IMG/VR virus record: IMGVR_UViG_2061766007_000731
Length of the DNA stretch: 64,000 nucleotides
From: an uncultured virus (IMG/VR IMGVR_UViG_2061766007_000731)
Taxonomy: Duplodnaviria; Heunggongvirae; Uroviricota; Caudoviricetes
Reading direction: 5' to 3' (one strand)
The position numbers and the translations under genes are program-made. This document shows positions 46,807 to 58,703 of this stretch, piece by piece; position 1 is the stretch's first letter, and every line of letters starts with the position of its first letter. Below the pieces are notes generated by a model, which was not told where the DNA came from, searched no databases, and saw nothing but the letters and a program-made list of their open reading frames with translations.

Positions 46807-49800
46807 ATGAATATTGATGATGTTACTCAAATAAAAATTGGAAATGTAAATGTTACCGCTGTATATTATCAAGGAGAATTAATATGACCTAAATCACTTA
46901 GTTATGAAATTGTAGTTTCTAGTATAACTATATTTTATTCTAATAATGAAAGTCAAATATTAGCAGATGGTTCAAATTATGCACAAGCGATTGGTGATGT
47001 AAAAGTTTACCAAAATAATGTTTTAAAAACAACGTTGGTTGGAGAGGTGCTAACTCCAGTTACATTATCTGGTACTTACGCTAATCAATTTTATATTAGT
47101 AATAATACCATAAGGGGGTATGATAGGGAAGCTATTTCGGCTAATATAGGCACATCGTCTAATCCAAGAGGGTATTATTGTAGTCCTACTAAATTTCAGT
47201 ATTCTGGTACTTCCGCTAATGTTAATAATTTAACTGTACAGCAGCAATATAATATTATTGAAAGTCAAGTTCCAGAAGATGTTTATGATGCATATGAAGT
47301 TGAATTAAGTGACGATGAATTACCAGCTACCGGTGGTGTTATTACAGTTACAAGTAATAGAGCTTGATATGAACGTACTTGAACTTATACGTGAACGTCT
47401 GGTAGTAATTCTTATTCAGAACAATATGTAGGTTCTACTAAGAATCCTACTGCTATTACGGTTACTCCTAGTACTGGAATTCAAATAAATGTATCTCAGA
47501 AAAAAATTACATTTCCTGTAAATACTTCTTCTAGTGATAAAAATTATTCTGTTAAAGTATCTTATACAGAAGATGGAATTACTAAATACGATGATAGCAA
47601 TAGTGTAACCGTATTACAAGCTACAATTGAATATGAAGCGCCTGTTATTACAGTATCTTATCCATTGGTTAGTGGACAAAGTTATCATATTCCTGCTACT
47701 GGTGGTACAGTGTATCCTACGGTGAACTTCTCCCAGCGGTGGAAGTACAGCACCGATACAAATTACACAAATAGTAGAAAAATGACTTGTACTATTACAA
47801 ATGGAGCGGAAGGCGGTACAGCATCAGATGGAACTCAATCTGTAGAAGTTACAATGCATTATTCTGGTGCCAATGTTAATTATGGTGGAGTGCAAGCTCC
47901 AAATAGAGGAACTGATGAATACACAGATCCTGTATTTGCGGAAGTGGAAGTTTATGCAACTGGTGGTGGAAATTTAACATCAAACGCACCTGTTATTGAT
48001 ATTAAACAACAATCTAACGTTATTGTTGGTACTCCGGAAGAATTAAATGTTTCTTACTATATAACTGGGCTTAGTGTTGTATTCCGTAATGGAAATGGAA
48101 ACACTTCTACTTCTGCCGCAGATATTGGAGATATATCTTATACAGAATGTAAGAAGAAGTATAAGGAAAGATATACATGGACTACTGGACAAAAATCTAT
48201 AAGTGAAGATTGATTATATACAGATATTACACCAACCTATACTACAACTCTTACTGGAGCGAGTATAAATGGAAGTACAGTTAGAACATCTAAGCGTGGA
48301 AAAACGGATACTTCTACTATTGACGGAAATGTTACAGCTCATTTTGGAGTAAATTCTACAGCAAGTTATACTATTTATCAAGCTGGTACGCAACAAGGAT
48401 GGTCATTGACATCTAACTATGCTAATGGACTTTTATTACATGCATATGCAGAAACTATAACTCCTGTATTTACTGGCGCAATCACATACGATAATGGAGA
48501 CTCAGGTGATACTATTTCAAATCCTAACGTATTATTTAAATCTGGTAGCGCAATTACTGGACGAATTAGTTATAGCGGTCTGACTATTTCTTCTACAAAT
48601 CTTGGAACTGATCCGTACGATCCTATTAGTACAACATTTACTTATAAATGAGTGGTAGATAATCAGATTGTAGATACAACAGAAATACTAGTAACACAAG
48701 AAGGTAATGAACCAAAAACCTATGGCACACTTACTTTATCTGCGTCAAGTACTACAATTCCAGCATCTGGTACTAGCAGTAATATAATTTTTACTCCATT
48801 GTGTACTGTTACGTGAACTAGTGGTGAATCTGGTCCTTTAACGACTGGTTATTCATATTCTATAACATCGTATGGTAATAGCGGAAAACGAGATTATAAT
48901 CTTTCCGATAATCAACTTTCCGTTGGTAGTTTAGGTAAAAACAAGGTTACTACAACTAAGACAACTACTGTACGTGTTTCACATACTAAGGCAGGAAATG
49001 CAACAGTAAACTTAACAGAAGCTAAGAATGAACCATCTTATGGAGCTATTAACGTTAATACTAATACAGGCAATTATAATATACAACCTTATGAATACAT
49101 TATTGGAGTTGGTGTTACTTGCACCATAACATGAGATAGCGGTGCTCCAGACGGTTTAACTGCTACTAATTTTAGTTATTCTTGAAGAAGTAAGGGTAAT
49201 AATGGAAAACGTGGTTATACACTTGGTGCTATAGATAGTAATGGTAGAAAAGAGATTACTTTTGGAACGCTTGGCACTAATATACGTAGTGAAACTACTA
49301 GTACTTTAAGAGCGTCACATAGTGTAGCTGGTTACGTAGATATTGTATTTACAGAACTTGAAAACGCAATGTTAGGCAAAACTTTGAACGTTTCCTGAGA
49401 TATTTCTGGTTCACCAATATCTGGATATGGTGGTACTGCTAGAGTTTTCATCGATGATGCTACATTAGTTACTTCATACTCGTCTAATTATCCATCTTCA
49501 AACTCCATAGATCCTGAAATTCTTTTAGCTAGTATTCAGTGCTCTGGTACAGGCTTTTCATATGATTACACTAATGGACGAGAATATGGTGTTGTTACAG
49601 CAACAAGAAATCCTAGTAATGTAAATAGTCGTAGTTGTACATTAACTGTTGAATATAGTAATGCATCTGCTTCTACACAAGTTTCACAAGATGCATATGT
49701 TGTAGTTGTAGTTACGCAAGCTTATCAACTTACTGGATGGTCTGGACAACCTACTTTTGGAATTAATACATTTACTCAAGATAGATATATATTAGAGTGC

Positions 49801-50112
49801 GATGGCGCAATTCTAAAAGTTCGATTCTCCTCTATTGCTTCCAATGCTGCTGGCAGACGATATAGAATTCGCATTGATATATTAGGTAATGGAACAACTG
49901 CCATTGGTGGTGGTACTCGTTATGAAAGTGAATGATACGGAATTCCTTCATCATCTGGTACACAATATGAATCAATGACTAGTTCTTTCTCGTTCGATAA
50001 AGATGAAGTAGAACAATATAACTTTATAAGATTTAGATTCTCATTAGAGGGAGCGTCTGGTGAAGATCTTACGATGAGTGGTAATTATCTTGATATTGAT
50101 TTTAATGTATAA
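46807..50112 (+). CDS. Ser/Thr-rich beta-repeat (BACON/Ig-like) adhesin or tail protein, 1101 aa (TGA=Trp)
   Basis: Fragments at 47035, 47665 and 48406 are in frame; repeated PAxGG...Q and TWTSG units. Confidence 0.72.
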
Positions 50113-50115
50113 GTT

Positions 50116-50577
50116 ATGCTAACAATAAAAAATCTTACATGCACACTTAATTTTGCTAAAATTGATAAACTTTTACATTTTGCTTTAGATAATATTTTAA
50201 ACAACAATGTAGAAATTATCATTATTGAACAAGATAAAACACTTGATAAATTAAGTAATGCTGATTATGAACTTCAAGCGTTACTTTATAAATCAGTTCT
50301 TCCGCATGTATATTCTCTTATTATTAGAAGCAATGCGCGTGATTTAACATCAATTGTATTTCACGAATCTGTTCATTTACGTCAGTATGAGTCAGGTCGT
50401 TTAGATATAAATCCTATAACTGGTAATACAAAGTGAGAAAATAAGAATTATGATGCGAAAATTCCATATATGGATAGACCATGAGAAAAGGAAGCTTTTA
50501 AAGAACAAGGGAATATATTTAAAATGTGGAGAAATTGTAAACATAACGAAATAGATAAATACACTCCTTTTTTATAA
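50116..50577 (+). CDS. Zincin-like metallopeptidase (TGA=Trp)
   Basis: FHESVHLRQ followed by YMDRP-W-EKEA, where the Trp is TGA. Confidence 0.8.
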
Positions 50578-50579
50578 AA

Positions 50580-50630
50580 AATAATAAATAATTGACAAGA
50601 ATACACAAAACTTGTCAATTATTTATTATT
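50580..50630. repeat. 20-bp perfect inverted repeat upstream of the capsid operon promoter
   Basis: aataataaataattgacaag/cttgtcaattatttattatt. Confidence 0.75.
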
Positions 50631-50633
50631 AAA

Positions 50634-50665
50634 TTTGCGTAAATAAAAAATTATTATTATATTTG
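50634..50665 (+). promoter_or_regulatory. Bacteroidota sigma-70 promoter of the capsid operon
   Basis: TTTG-N20-TATATTTG. Confidence 0.75.
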
Positions 50666-50707
50666 CGGCTAAATTAAGAGATTTAATATGGACTAATATG
50701 TTTTATT

Positions 50708-51790
50708 ATGGAACAAACGCTAAATGGAAATTTTGATGCATTATTAGACGATGATATTTCAAATAGTGAAATTATCGATAATAATGAAACAGAATCTAAT
50801 GAAGATCAAACTAACGTAGAAATTGAAGAAGAGGAATCTGCTACACCTACGGAAGATAAAAATGAGGATGAAAATCCTATTTATACATTTTTAAAAGAAA
50901 AAGGTATAAAAGATCCTTCTAAAATTCAATTTACTAATGAAGATGATTCTGTTGAAGAAATAGATTTTAATTCTTTAAGTAAAGATGAACAATTAGAAGT
51001 ATTGCGAACAATTTCAGATCCAGGTTTAACCGAAAATGAAATTAATACAATTAATTATCTACGTCAGAATAATGCAACTTTAGAGCAAGTAGTTGAATAT
51101 TTTGCTCAGAAAAGATTAGACGATTACTTAAAAGAAAATCCAGATAAAGTACATCAAAAAGTATATTCTATTGATGATTATACAGATGATGATTTATTTA
51201 TTTATGATTTAAAACAAAGATATCCTGATTTTACAGATGAAGAGTTAACAACCGAATTAGATAAAGCTAAAGAAGATGAAGAACTTTTCAAACGTAAAAC
51301 AGAAATAATTAGAAATGCTTTTAAAGCACAGGAAGATCAGGCTGAAGCTCAACGAATTGAACTTGAGAAACAGCAAGTAGAAGATTTAAGGAATAACTTA
51401 ATGAACGCTGCTGGCAAATTTAATGAAATTCAGCTTGATTATACAGACGACGAAAGTGATTCATTAATTATAGACGATGAAGATAAAAGAGAGATGATGT
51501 CTTATATATTAGATCAAGATCAAGAAGGTAAATCTCAACTTATTCATGATTTAGAAGATCCTGATAGACTTATAGAACTTGCGTGGTTTGCTACACAAGG
51601 TCCAAAGATGTTATCTGAATTAAATAAACATTGAAAAAAGCAATTAAGCGATCTTCGAGCAGAAAATAAGAAATTACAATCTAAACTTGATAAAGCAAAT
51701 AATAAGGCAAGTACTTTTGTTGTCCCCCCTACTAAACAAGAAGAACCAAAAGCATATAAATCTGCCTGGGACAACTCAGGACTAATATAA
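50708..51790 (+). CDS. Acidic scaffold-like protein upstream of the MCP, 360 aa (one TGA)
   Basis: Highly acidic with coiled coil; reads through TGA at 51632 to TAA at 51790. Confidence 0.72.
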
Positions 51791-51819
51791 TCTAACAATT
51801 AATTAAAATTTAAATTATT

Positions 51820-53256
51820 ATGAGAATATCAGGTTTTACTACCACTCGGCCTAATATGGCCAGTACACGTCTTGCAGAAGATTTTATGAAATTTCTTGGT
51901 ACGAAACCACAGCGTTTAGGTATTGTTTCTACATTATACGATCAATATACGGCTACTCATCTTACTGAGTCTTTAATGAATACCTATACCATGGAGCGTG
52001 GCAAGAAGGGATTTCAATCTATTAATTCATTCTTAATTGAATGGGATCTTCAAGTAAATAAGATTAAGAAACTCCCTATTATCGCCGCTCCTGAAGGAAC
52101 TGGTGTTAATGGTTGTGATGTTAAGTTCTACTTTGGTGAGAACTATTATCAGATGTATGATACGTTTGTGGTTGAAAAGACTCGTCAGCAGTTCTTTGTA
52201 ACTAGCATGCCTCAGAGACTTCGTGATAATTGCTTCCTTGTTATTGCTAAGATTCTTGATAACAACTATGATTCTGTTGTTGATTACGGTGGAGCTACTG
52301 CTGATGCCATGATTGGTCTTCAAACTCGTTTCGTTACTAACTACCATCCAGAAATGCACGATCGTGGTTATGTCAAATATCAGAGCAATGTAGAAAAGAT
52401 GCGTACACATATTAGTACTCATCGTGTTGATGTTGACATGTCTGCTCAGTATCAGGCTATGGAAGATATCTTTATTCAGATTGGTAAAGGTCAGGACGAT
52501 GACCCTGTTTACAAAATGAATACTGCTGAGAAAGATTGTTTAGATTCTTTCATGGAAGCTCGTAACAACGCTTTACTTTATGGTAAATGTGATGTTGATG
52601 AAACTGGCAAACCTAAGATTTACGATGAAATCGGTCGTCCTATCATAACTGGTGATGGTGTACTTCCTCAGATTGAACGTTTTGCTACCAAGTTCGTCTT
52701 TAATAAGATGAACGTTAACTACTTCGAGAAAGCTCTTCAGACAATGGTAGCTAAGAGTGAAAAGGCTCAAGGTAACAGCTATGTTTTACTTTGCAATAGT
52801 GCTTTCTATCATGAGTGGCAACGTGTAATGTCTGCTTGGATTGGTGACAAGAAGACTGATGGCGCTTTCTTATATTCTAAGGGTGCTAATGGTTACATGA
52901 ATCTTGGTGCTACATATGAAGGTTATGAATATGGTGGCAATAAGATTATTGTTAAGATTGAGCGTTCACTTGATGTAGAGTTTGCAAATCGTAAATATGC
53001 TGTAATGCTTGACCTCACTGCTGATGCAGCTACTGGTAAGCCAGCTATTGCTTACTTTACTTTCAAGGGTGGTGATTTCATCCACAACTTTATTAACGGT
53101 GTTGGCGGCAGCACTGGTTTAGCTTCTGGTGAAGTTTCCAGCCCTGTTGCAGCTCGTAAATTAATCAACTGGGGCTATGCCGGAGTTGGTGTATTTAATC
53201 CTTATAGAAGCGTTATCCTCATGTCTGAGGAAAATCGTGATAGCTTCTGGGCTTAA
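51820..53256 (+). CDS. Major capsid protein (crAss-like)
   Basis: 478 aa with strongly biased codon usage, follows the scaffold gene; IITGDGVLPQIE and GVGVFNPYRS motifs. Confidence 0.85.
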   Translation: MRISGFTTTRPNMASTRLAEDFMKFLGTKPQRLGIVSTLYDQYTATHLTESLMNTYTMERGKKGFQSINSFLIEWDLQVNKIKKLPIIAAPEGTGVNGCDVKFYFGENYYQMYDTFVVEKTRQQFFVTSMPQRLRDNCFLVIAKILDNNYDSVVDYGGATADAMIGLQTRFVTNYHPEMHDRGYVKYQSNVEKMRTHISTHRVDVDMSAQYQAMEDIFIQIGKGQDDDPVYKMNTAEKDCLDSFMEARNNALLYGKCDVDETGKPKIYDEIGRPIITGDGVLPQIERFATKFVFNKMNVNYFEKALQTMVAKSEKAQGNSYVLLCNSAFYHEWQRVMSAWIGDKKTDGAFLYSKGANGYMNLGATYEGYEYGGNKIIVKIERSLDVEFANRKYAVMLDLTADAATGKPAIAYFTFKGGDFIHNFINGVGGSTGLASGEVSSPVAARKLINWGYAGVGVFNPYRSVILMSEENRDSFWA

Positions 53257-53350
53257 TTTTTAATTTAGAATATATAATTCCCCTCTCTTTAATCCCTCTA
53301 TAAAAAGGGAGGGGATTTATATATAATTAGTTTTTTATTAGATAAAATAT

Positions 53351-54208
53351 ATGACAGATAAAATTATACTCCGTAATGTATATGGTAAGATGAAGGAAAT
53401 TCATATTCAGCCTGGTAAACAGCCTAATGGAAATAGATGGCCATTTGTAAAACCAGTACGTTATGATTCAATGGGTAATGCTGAAATGATTTTAAGTCAA
53501 GATGAATTAAATGATCCTGGTCGTGAATTCTTCCTTCCAGAAGACATGGATATTGTTCTTGTAGATGGTAAGGTATTTGATCTTACAAACCCTCTTGAAA
53601 AGAATATTTGGACATCGATTCAGTATTCTGATTTGATTGCTCCTACTCGTGGATCTAGAGATAAAAACGGCAATCTTTATATCGATGGCAGTAAAACTCG
53701 ATATGGTACTGCTGAATTCTATGTAGATATTCCTGGTGAAGAATCTGCTAGAATTGTAAAGAAAAGACAAAAAATTACCGAAGCTTGGACTTTGATTGGT
53801 CAGGATTCTGAATCTGGTAGATTAACAAAGACTAAACTTTTAGGTAAAGTTATGATTAATGCTCCTGCTACAGATGTTGAAAAATTCTTGTATGACAGGG
53901 CTACAGACAATCCTGATGAAGTTATTGAATTATATAAGGGGAGTGATGCTGGATTGAAACTTCTTCAGATTGATGCTAAAGATAAGGCTATAATTATCAA
54001 GAAAGACGGTATGTATGTATATGGTGATACTATTCTAGGTGCTACCGATTCTGCTGTTTTACTCTTTTTTAAAGAGCCTCAGAATCAAAGAATACTACAG
54101 TTAATTAAAAATGAAACTTATCCAGAATATGCCGCCAGATTGACTCCTATTACAGAATCAATTGAACCTACTACAACCGTTAAAAAGACTACTACTTCGA
54201 AAAAGTAA
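53351..54208 (+). CDS. Conserved crAss-like protein downstream of the MCP
   Basis: 285-aa ORF at the syntenic position after the MCP. Confidence 0.75.
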   Translation: MTDKIILRNVYGKMKEIHIQPGKQPNGNRWPFVKPVRYDSMGNAEMILSQDELNDPGREFFLPEDMDIVLVDGKVFDLTNPLEKNIWTSIQYSDLIAPTRGSRDKNGNLYIDGSKTRYGTAEFYVDIPGEESARIVKKRQKITEAWTLIGQDSESGRLTKTKLLGKVMINAPATDVEKFLYDRATDNPDEVIELYKGSDAGLKLLQIDAKDKAIIIKKDGMYVYGDTILGATDSAVLLFFKEPQNQRILQLIKNETYPEYAARLTPITESIEPTTTVKKTTTSKK

Positions 54209-54265
54209 TAAAAATAAATATAGAGATAGGCATAGTCCTCGTAATTAATTGATATTAAACTTGTT

Positions 54266-55222
54266 ATGACGGCAAGGGAAATGTATGAATACGCTCTTAT
54301 TGAGCTTAATAAACTTGAGGCGCCTAGTCTTTTACTTGAGGACTATAATTATTTTATAAATAAGGCGGTTCAGCAATATATTAATTTGATATATGCTAAA
54401 CTTGAACTTGATCAACAAAGTGTAGATGATTTACGTGTATTAAAAACTTCTACAATACTTATTCCAGCTCCATTAACAGATGCTGTTGTTGGTAGTTCTG
54501 GATTAATTCAAAATAGTTTATTAGGGCAATCCTATTATGCAGATTTACCTAATGATTATTTTCATTTAATTAATTGTATTGTAGAATATCAAGTACAAAA
54601 TAATTTTAAATGTTATAATAATGGTGATGCAGTATTTTTTGCCGCTCGTAGATTAACTTCTGATATGTATGCTCAAATTATTAATAATGCATATTTAAGA
54701 CCTACGTATAAAAGACCTTATTATTATTTAAATAATATAAATCAACGCATTACACCTCTTCCTACAGATTCTACTATGGATACTAATATATTAAATTATA
54801 ATAATGGTAGTGCCGATAAAGGAACTGTTGGGACGCACGGCAGTAATTATTCTAGCGGTAGTTATAATTCTTCTAATCTATTAGATTCTGAAAATACAGC
54901 TGGAGATAGATTAGCAAATCCTTCTATTGTACGATTAGAACTTAGATTTGGAAAAGATGCCAGTATATTTACTCCAACCCGTCTTTATGTAGACTATGTA
55001 AAAGCTCCTATGTATATTAGACTAACACAGGAACAAATTGATGCTACACTTGATTATTCTCAAGTTCTTGAATTTCCAGATTACGTTTGTTTTGAAATTG
55101 TAAATATTTTTACTAGATTATTAATGGAGAACGCTAGTGACCCTAGATTACAAACAAATATGCCTATTAATAATACTATTGTAAATCCTGCTTTACAACA
55201 ACAGCAAACACAACAAAAATAA
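54266..55222 (+). CDS. Tail ring/neck protein-like
   Basis: FINKAVQQYI...DDLRVLK...ELRFG...DYVKAP...LEFPD. Confidence 0.7.
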   Translation: MTAREMYEYALIELNKLEAPSLLLEDYNYFINKAVQQYINLIYAKLELDQQSVDDLRVLKTSTILIPAPLTDAVVGSSGLIQNSLLGQSYYADLPNDYFHLINCIVEYQVQNNFKCYNNGDAVFFAARRLTSDMYAQIINNAYLRPTYKRPYYYLNNINQRITPLPTDSTMDTNILNYNNGSADKGTVGTHGSNYSSGSYNSSNLLDSENTAGDRLANPSIVRLELRFGKDASIFTPTRLYVDYVKAPMYIRLTQEQIDATLDYSQVLEFPDYVCFEIVNIFTRLLMENASDPRLQTNMPINNTIVNPALQQQQTQQK

Positions 55223-55239
55223 ATAAATAGAAAATAATT

Positions 55240-56298
55240 ATGTTTAATTATATTAAAGACGTTATTATTAACGACGTTACGAATACTGTCGTTAAAGATA
55301 GTTCCACTAATACTCTTGTTATCAAACGTGGTGCTAATTATAAATTTGATAATATTATAGATAAAAAGGTTTATAAAACCGTCGGTGTTCAGGGTAGTGT
55401 TGCTACTTTAACAATTCCTTTTGTTGCTACTACTGCTACCTATGATTATTATCAGTTTGCAATTTTTGTATCTACTCCTAGTCAGCAACTTTCTGATTAT
55501 GCTCTTGCTAATTGGCATGAATTTGGCAAACCTATTCTTTTCGAATCTGCTGCTGCTGATGTTAACGCATTATGTGAAACCTTTAAGCTTATGCTTCAGC
55601 CAGATAACGAAATGTATACAGCTGAAGTTGAGAGCTCTAGTGTAAAACTTACATTTGCTGAGCCTTGGATGAAGGTTGCAGAAGTTAGTATTTTCAAGCA
55701 CAATGCTACTACCGGTGAATTAGAGGCTGATACTCGTGAAATTACTAAAGTTGATAATGTTGAAGATTTTGCTACTGCTAAATGGCTTGTTGAAAACTTA
55801 CGCTTCCCTAGCTATCCTAATCTTCGTTACAACCGTTTATATTCTGATGAAGCTCCTGTATCTGGTACAGTTTATGATCAGTATGCTTTCCAATATGGTG
55901 TTAAACATTATATTGAAGGTGGTTTAAGTGGTGTTGGTCAAAATGTTGATTCCATTACCACTCATGTATTCTACGTGCCTCATGCTCAGGCTTCTACATT
56001 TGAAGGTAAATTTGACGGTTGTGAATTTGTAACCGATAAGAGTATTGTTTCTAGCATGAATGTTTATGCAAATGAAACTAACGCTGTTGCTTCTGCAGCA
56101 TCTGCTGCTGCTTCTACAGCATCTGCTGCTAGTACAAGTACTGCTGCAACCAGTGCTCCAACGTCTACGACTATTGGTAAGGTTGGTGATACGATTGTAT
56201 ATAATGGTGACATTTATACTTGTACAGCGGTTACTCCAGCTGAAGGTACTACCCCTGCATCTTATACTTGGACTAAGACTTACGATCATAACGCCTAG
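55240..56298 (+). CDS. Abundant structural protein (auxiliary capsid/decoration-like) with Ala/Ser/Thr linker
   Basis: 352 aa with MCP-like codon bias, followed by a terminator. Confidence 0.7.
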   Translation: MFNYIKDVIINDVTNTVVKDSSTNTLVIKRGANYKFDNIIDKKVYKTVGVQGSVATLTIPFVATTATYDYYQFAIFVSTPSQQLSDYALANWHEFGKPILFESAAADVNALCETFKLMLQPDNEMYTAEVESSSVKLTFAEPWMKVAEVSIFKHNATTGELEADTREITKVDNVEDFATAKWLVENLRFPSYPNLRYNRLYSDEAPVSGTVYDQYAFQYGVKHYIEGGLSGVGQNVDSITTHVFYVPHAQASTFEGKFDGCEFVTDKSIVSSMNVYANETNAVASAASAAASTASAASTSTAATSAPTSTTIGKVGDTIVYNGDIYTCTAVTPAEGTTPASYTWTKTYDHNA

Positions 56299-56320
56299 TA
56301 TAGAAATAAAGAATAAAATA

Positions 56321-56362
56321 GAAAAGAGCGAGTGAGAGAATATCTCGCCCGCTCTTTTATTT
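56321..56362 (+). terminator. Intrinsic terminator
   Basis: aaaagagcgagtgaga/tctcgcccgctctttt. Confidence 0.7.
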
Positions 56363-56376
56363 TAAATACATATGCT

Positions 56377-57033
56377 ATGACACTATCCGAAATAAGTTCC
56401 GCTGTATTTAATGACCTTTTTGGAGGCGCTATGATTCCTCCATCTAATCGATCATTAATATCATTAGAACAGCTTGAAGATGAAGCTATTGAAATACGAA
56501 AGTCTATAATTAAGGAGTTTTATCACAGAAATATGCTTTCCTTTAATGACATTGCATATAGTATAAATTGTATAGAAATTGATTGCAAGGATATGAACAT
56601 GTGTCCTTGTAAATCATTACCTGGTAAAATTGCCCAACATTTTGAAATTCCTAGATTATTGGATGGGTTGGGAAATAATGCAATTTTATTTATAGGTAGC
56701 GTGGATAGAAGCGTATCTTATAAAGTTTATAATAGTATAAGTACCGCAAATTATCAAATTTATAAAAAAAGAAGTTCTACAAAACCATATGTTTATATTA
56801 ACAGAACTCCAAATGAAAATGGAATGTTGGATGGTTGGATAATGAACGCTCCTTTTGTAAAATATATTTCTATTACAGCTATATTTGCAGATCCTAGAGA
56901 TTTGGAAGGTTTTAACTGTTGCCAATCTGAGCAATATTTAGAAATGGGATCTTTAAGTCATGAAATTNNNNNNNNNNNNNNNNNNNNNNNNNNNNNNTTT
57001 ATCGTACTATCGTTCCTCCTGCATCTCAATTAA
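56377..57033 (+). CDS. Tail ring protein-like (end uncertain, N gap)
   Basis: MTLSEIS...ITAIFADPRD. Confidence 0.65.
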   Translation: MTLSEISSAVFNDLFGGAMIPPSNRSLISLEQLEDEAIEIRKSIIKEFYHRNMLSFNDIAYSINCIEIDCKDMNMCPCKSLPGKIAQHFEIPRLLDGLGNNAILFIGSVDRSVSYKVYNSISTANYQIYKKRSSTKPYVYINRTPNENGMLDGWIMNAPFVKYISITAIFADPRDLEGFNCCQSEQYLEMGSLSHEIXXXXXXXXXXFIVLSFLLHLN

Positions 57034-57042
57034 CATCATAAT

Positions 57043-57738
57043 ATGAGTAAATTATATCATTTTAATTCGGCGTTTTCTTTAGTAAAAACTTTATATGATC
57101 TTGAGCCAGACGTAGAAGATTTTGAGGATTTGGCGCTTACTGCTTATGATTTAATAGGAAATAAACATACTAGATTATATAGATATGTTGCTGATACACA
57201 ACATAGAGAATTAGAATTACCTTGTAACGCGTACGATATTGAATCCGTGCATATTCCAATTGTAGATGCACAAGTAACTAGTAATAAAGATATTTATCAT
57301 AATTTTGATTCTATTGCAATAGAGCGTTATATTGATGCTTGAAAAATGTTAGAAGATCCTTTTAATCAACGTGGTAAATTAGTTAAATATACAGAAGGTG
57401 GAGATAAATTATATTTTAATCGCGATTATCATAGAGTTATGGTTGTTTATCATGGAATTCTTGTAGACGAAGAAGATGGTTTGCCAATGATAAATGACCG
57501 TGAAATGAGAGCTATTGCTGCGTATATTGCTTATGCGTTATATTTTAAAGAAGCGTTGAGAACTAAGAATAAAGATACTATGGCTTTTGTTCAAATGTTA
57601 AAAGAAGATTGACTTCGTAAATGCAATGCGGCTAGAATGGTTGATCATTTAAGCCAAAATGATATGAATAAAATACTTGATGTAAAAAGTAGATGAGATA
57701 GAAAACATTTTGGTTTTTCGTATAAGCCGATACTTTAA
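57043..57738 (+). CDS. Tail tubular/ring protein-like, 231 aa (TGA=Trp)
   Basis: ELPCN...YHGILVDEEDGLPMIND...AIAAYI...ED-W-LRKC; fragments in frame. Confidence 0.75.
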
Positions 57739-57741
57739 TAT

Positions 57742-58191
57742 ATGAGTTTTATAAATTCTAGTTTTTGTTTTACATCATACGATATATTTAGTACATTTAA
57801 TTTAAAACAATTAAAAATTAAGAGAACTACTGTTCAAGATAAATACGGATGTAATAAAAAACAATCTTTTTGTGCAACAGTGTTTACATATTGTTGCTAT
57901 CTAATTCTTTTGGATATTATTCAAAATAATGCTACCTTTGTGTTACCGCTTTTTAATAGTAGATTTGCTTGTATACATATAATACCTATTAAAGGAGAAC
58001 GTCTTCAAAAAGCAAGACAAGCTGGAGCCTTTCAAGATATTGATTTGTTAATGAGTAATTTTACCGGATATCAATTAAATTTTACTTGAGAAAATAAATA
58101 TAATTCAAGGCAAAATAAACCTATACATATTAATAAGCGATTTAAAGATGTATTAATAAAATATATAAATGAAGGTAAACAATATTATTAA
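57742..58191 (+). CDS. Hypothetical protein, possibly IHF/HU-like (TGA=Trp)
   Basis: LDIIQNNATFVLP; reads through TGA at 58087 to TAA at 58191. Confidence 0.65.
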
Positions 58192-58703
58192 TGGAAATTA
58201 AACGTATTGAAGATTATTACGATAAGATAAAAGAAAAATATCCAGATTTAGAAACTTGAGAAATTGAAAAAATATTAAAACACGGATTTCAATCATTATA
58301 CACATTAAATAATTCCGGAGCAGATGTTATGATCAAATCAAGTACTGGTTTTTTAATGNNNNNNNNNNNNNNNNNNNNNNNNNNNNNNNNNNNNNNNNTT
58401 AATTATTTACATAAAAAACCAATTTGAGACGGCAATTATTACTTTGGATTGACAGAAGAAGATTACAATGAGCTAATTCCAAAAAAGCGTGGTAGATATA
58501 AACGTAAGATAACTTTTTTAGAATTAAAAGCTTATAAAATTAGAGAAGAAGCTTGTCTATATTATAAAGTAAAATATTTGTTTAAATTAACTGGTGAACA
58601 AGATCGCGGTTTAATATTTAAAGAAAAGAATTACTCTACTAGGAACATAGAACTTGTTGCAATTAGAGAAAAAAATGGAAAATTTAAAGACATAAATGGC
58701 TAG
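58191..58703 (+). CDS. Hypothetical basic protein (TGA=Trp; N gap)
   Basis: TAATG coupling; in frame with the 58449 fragment. Confidence 0.65.
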
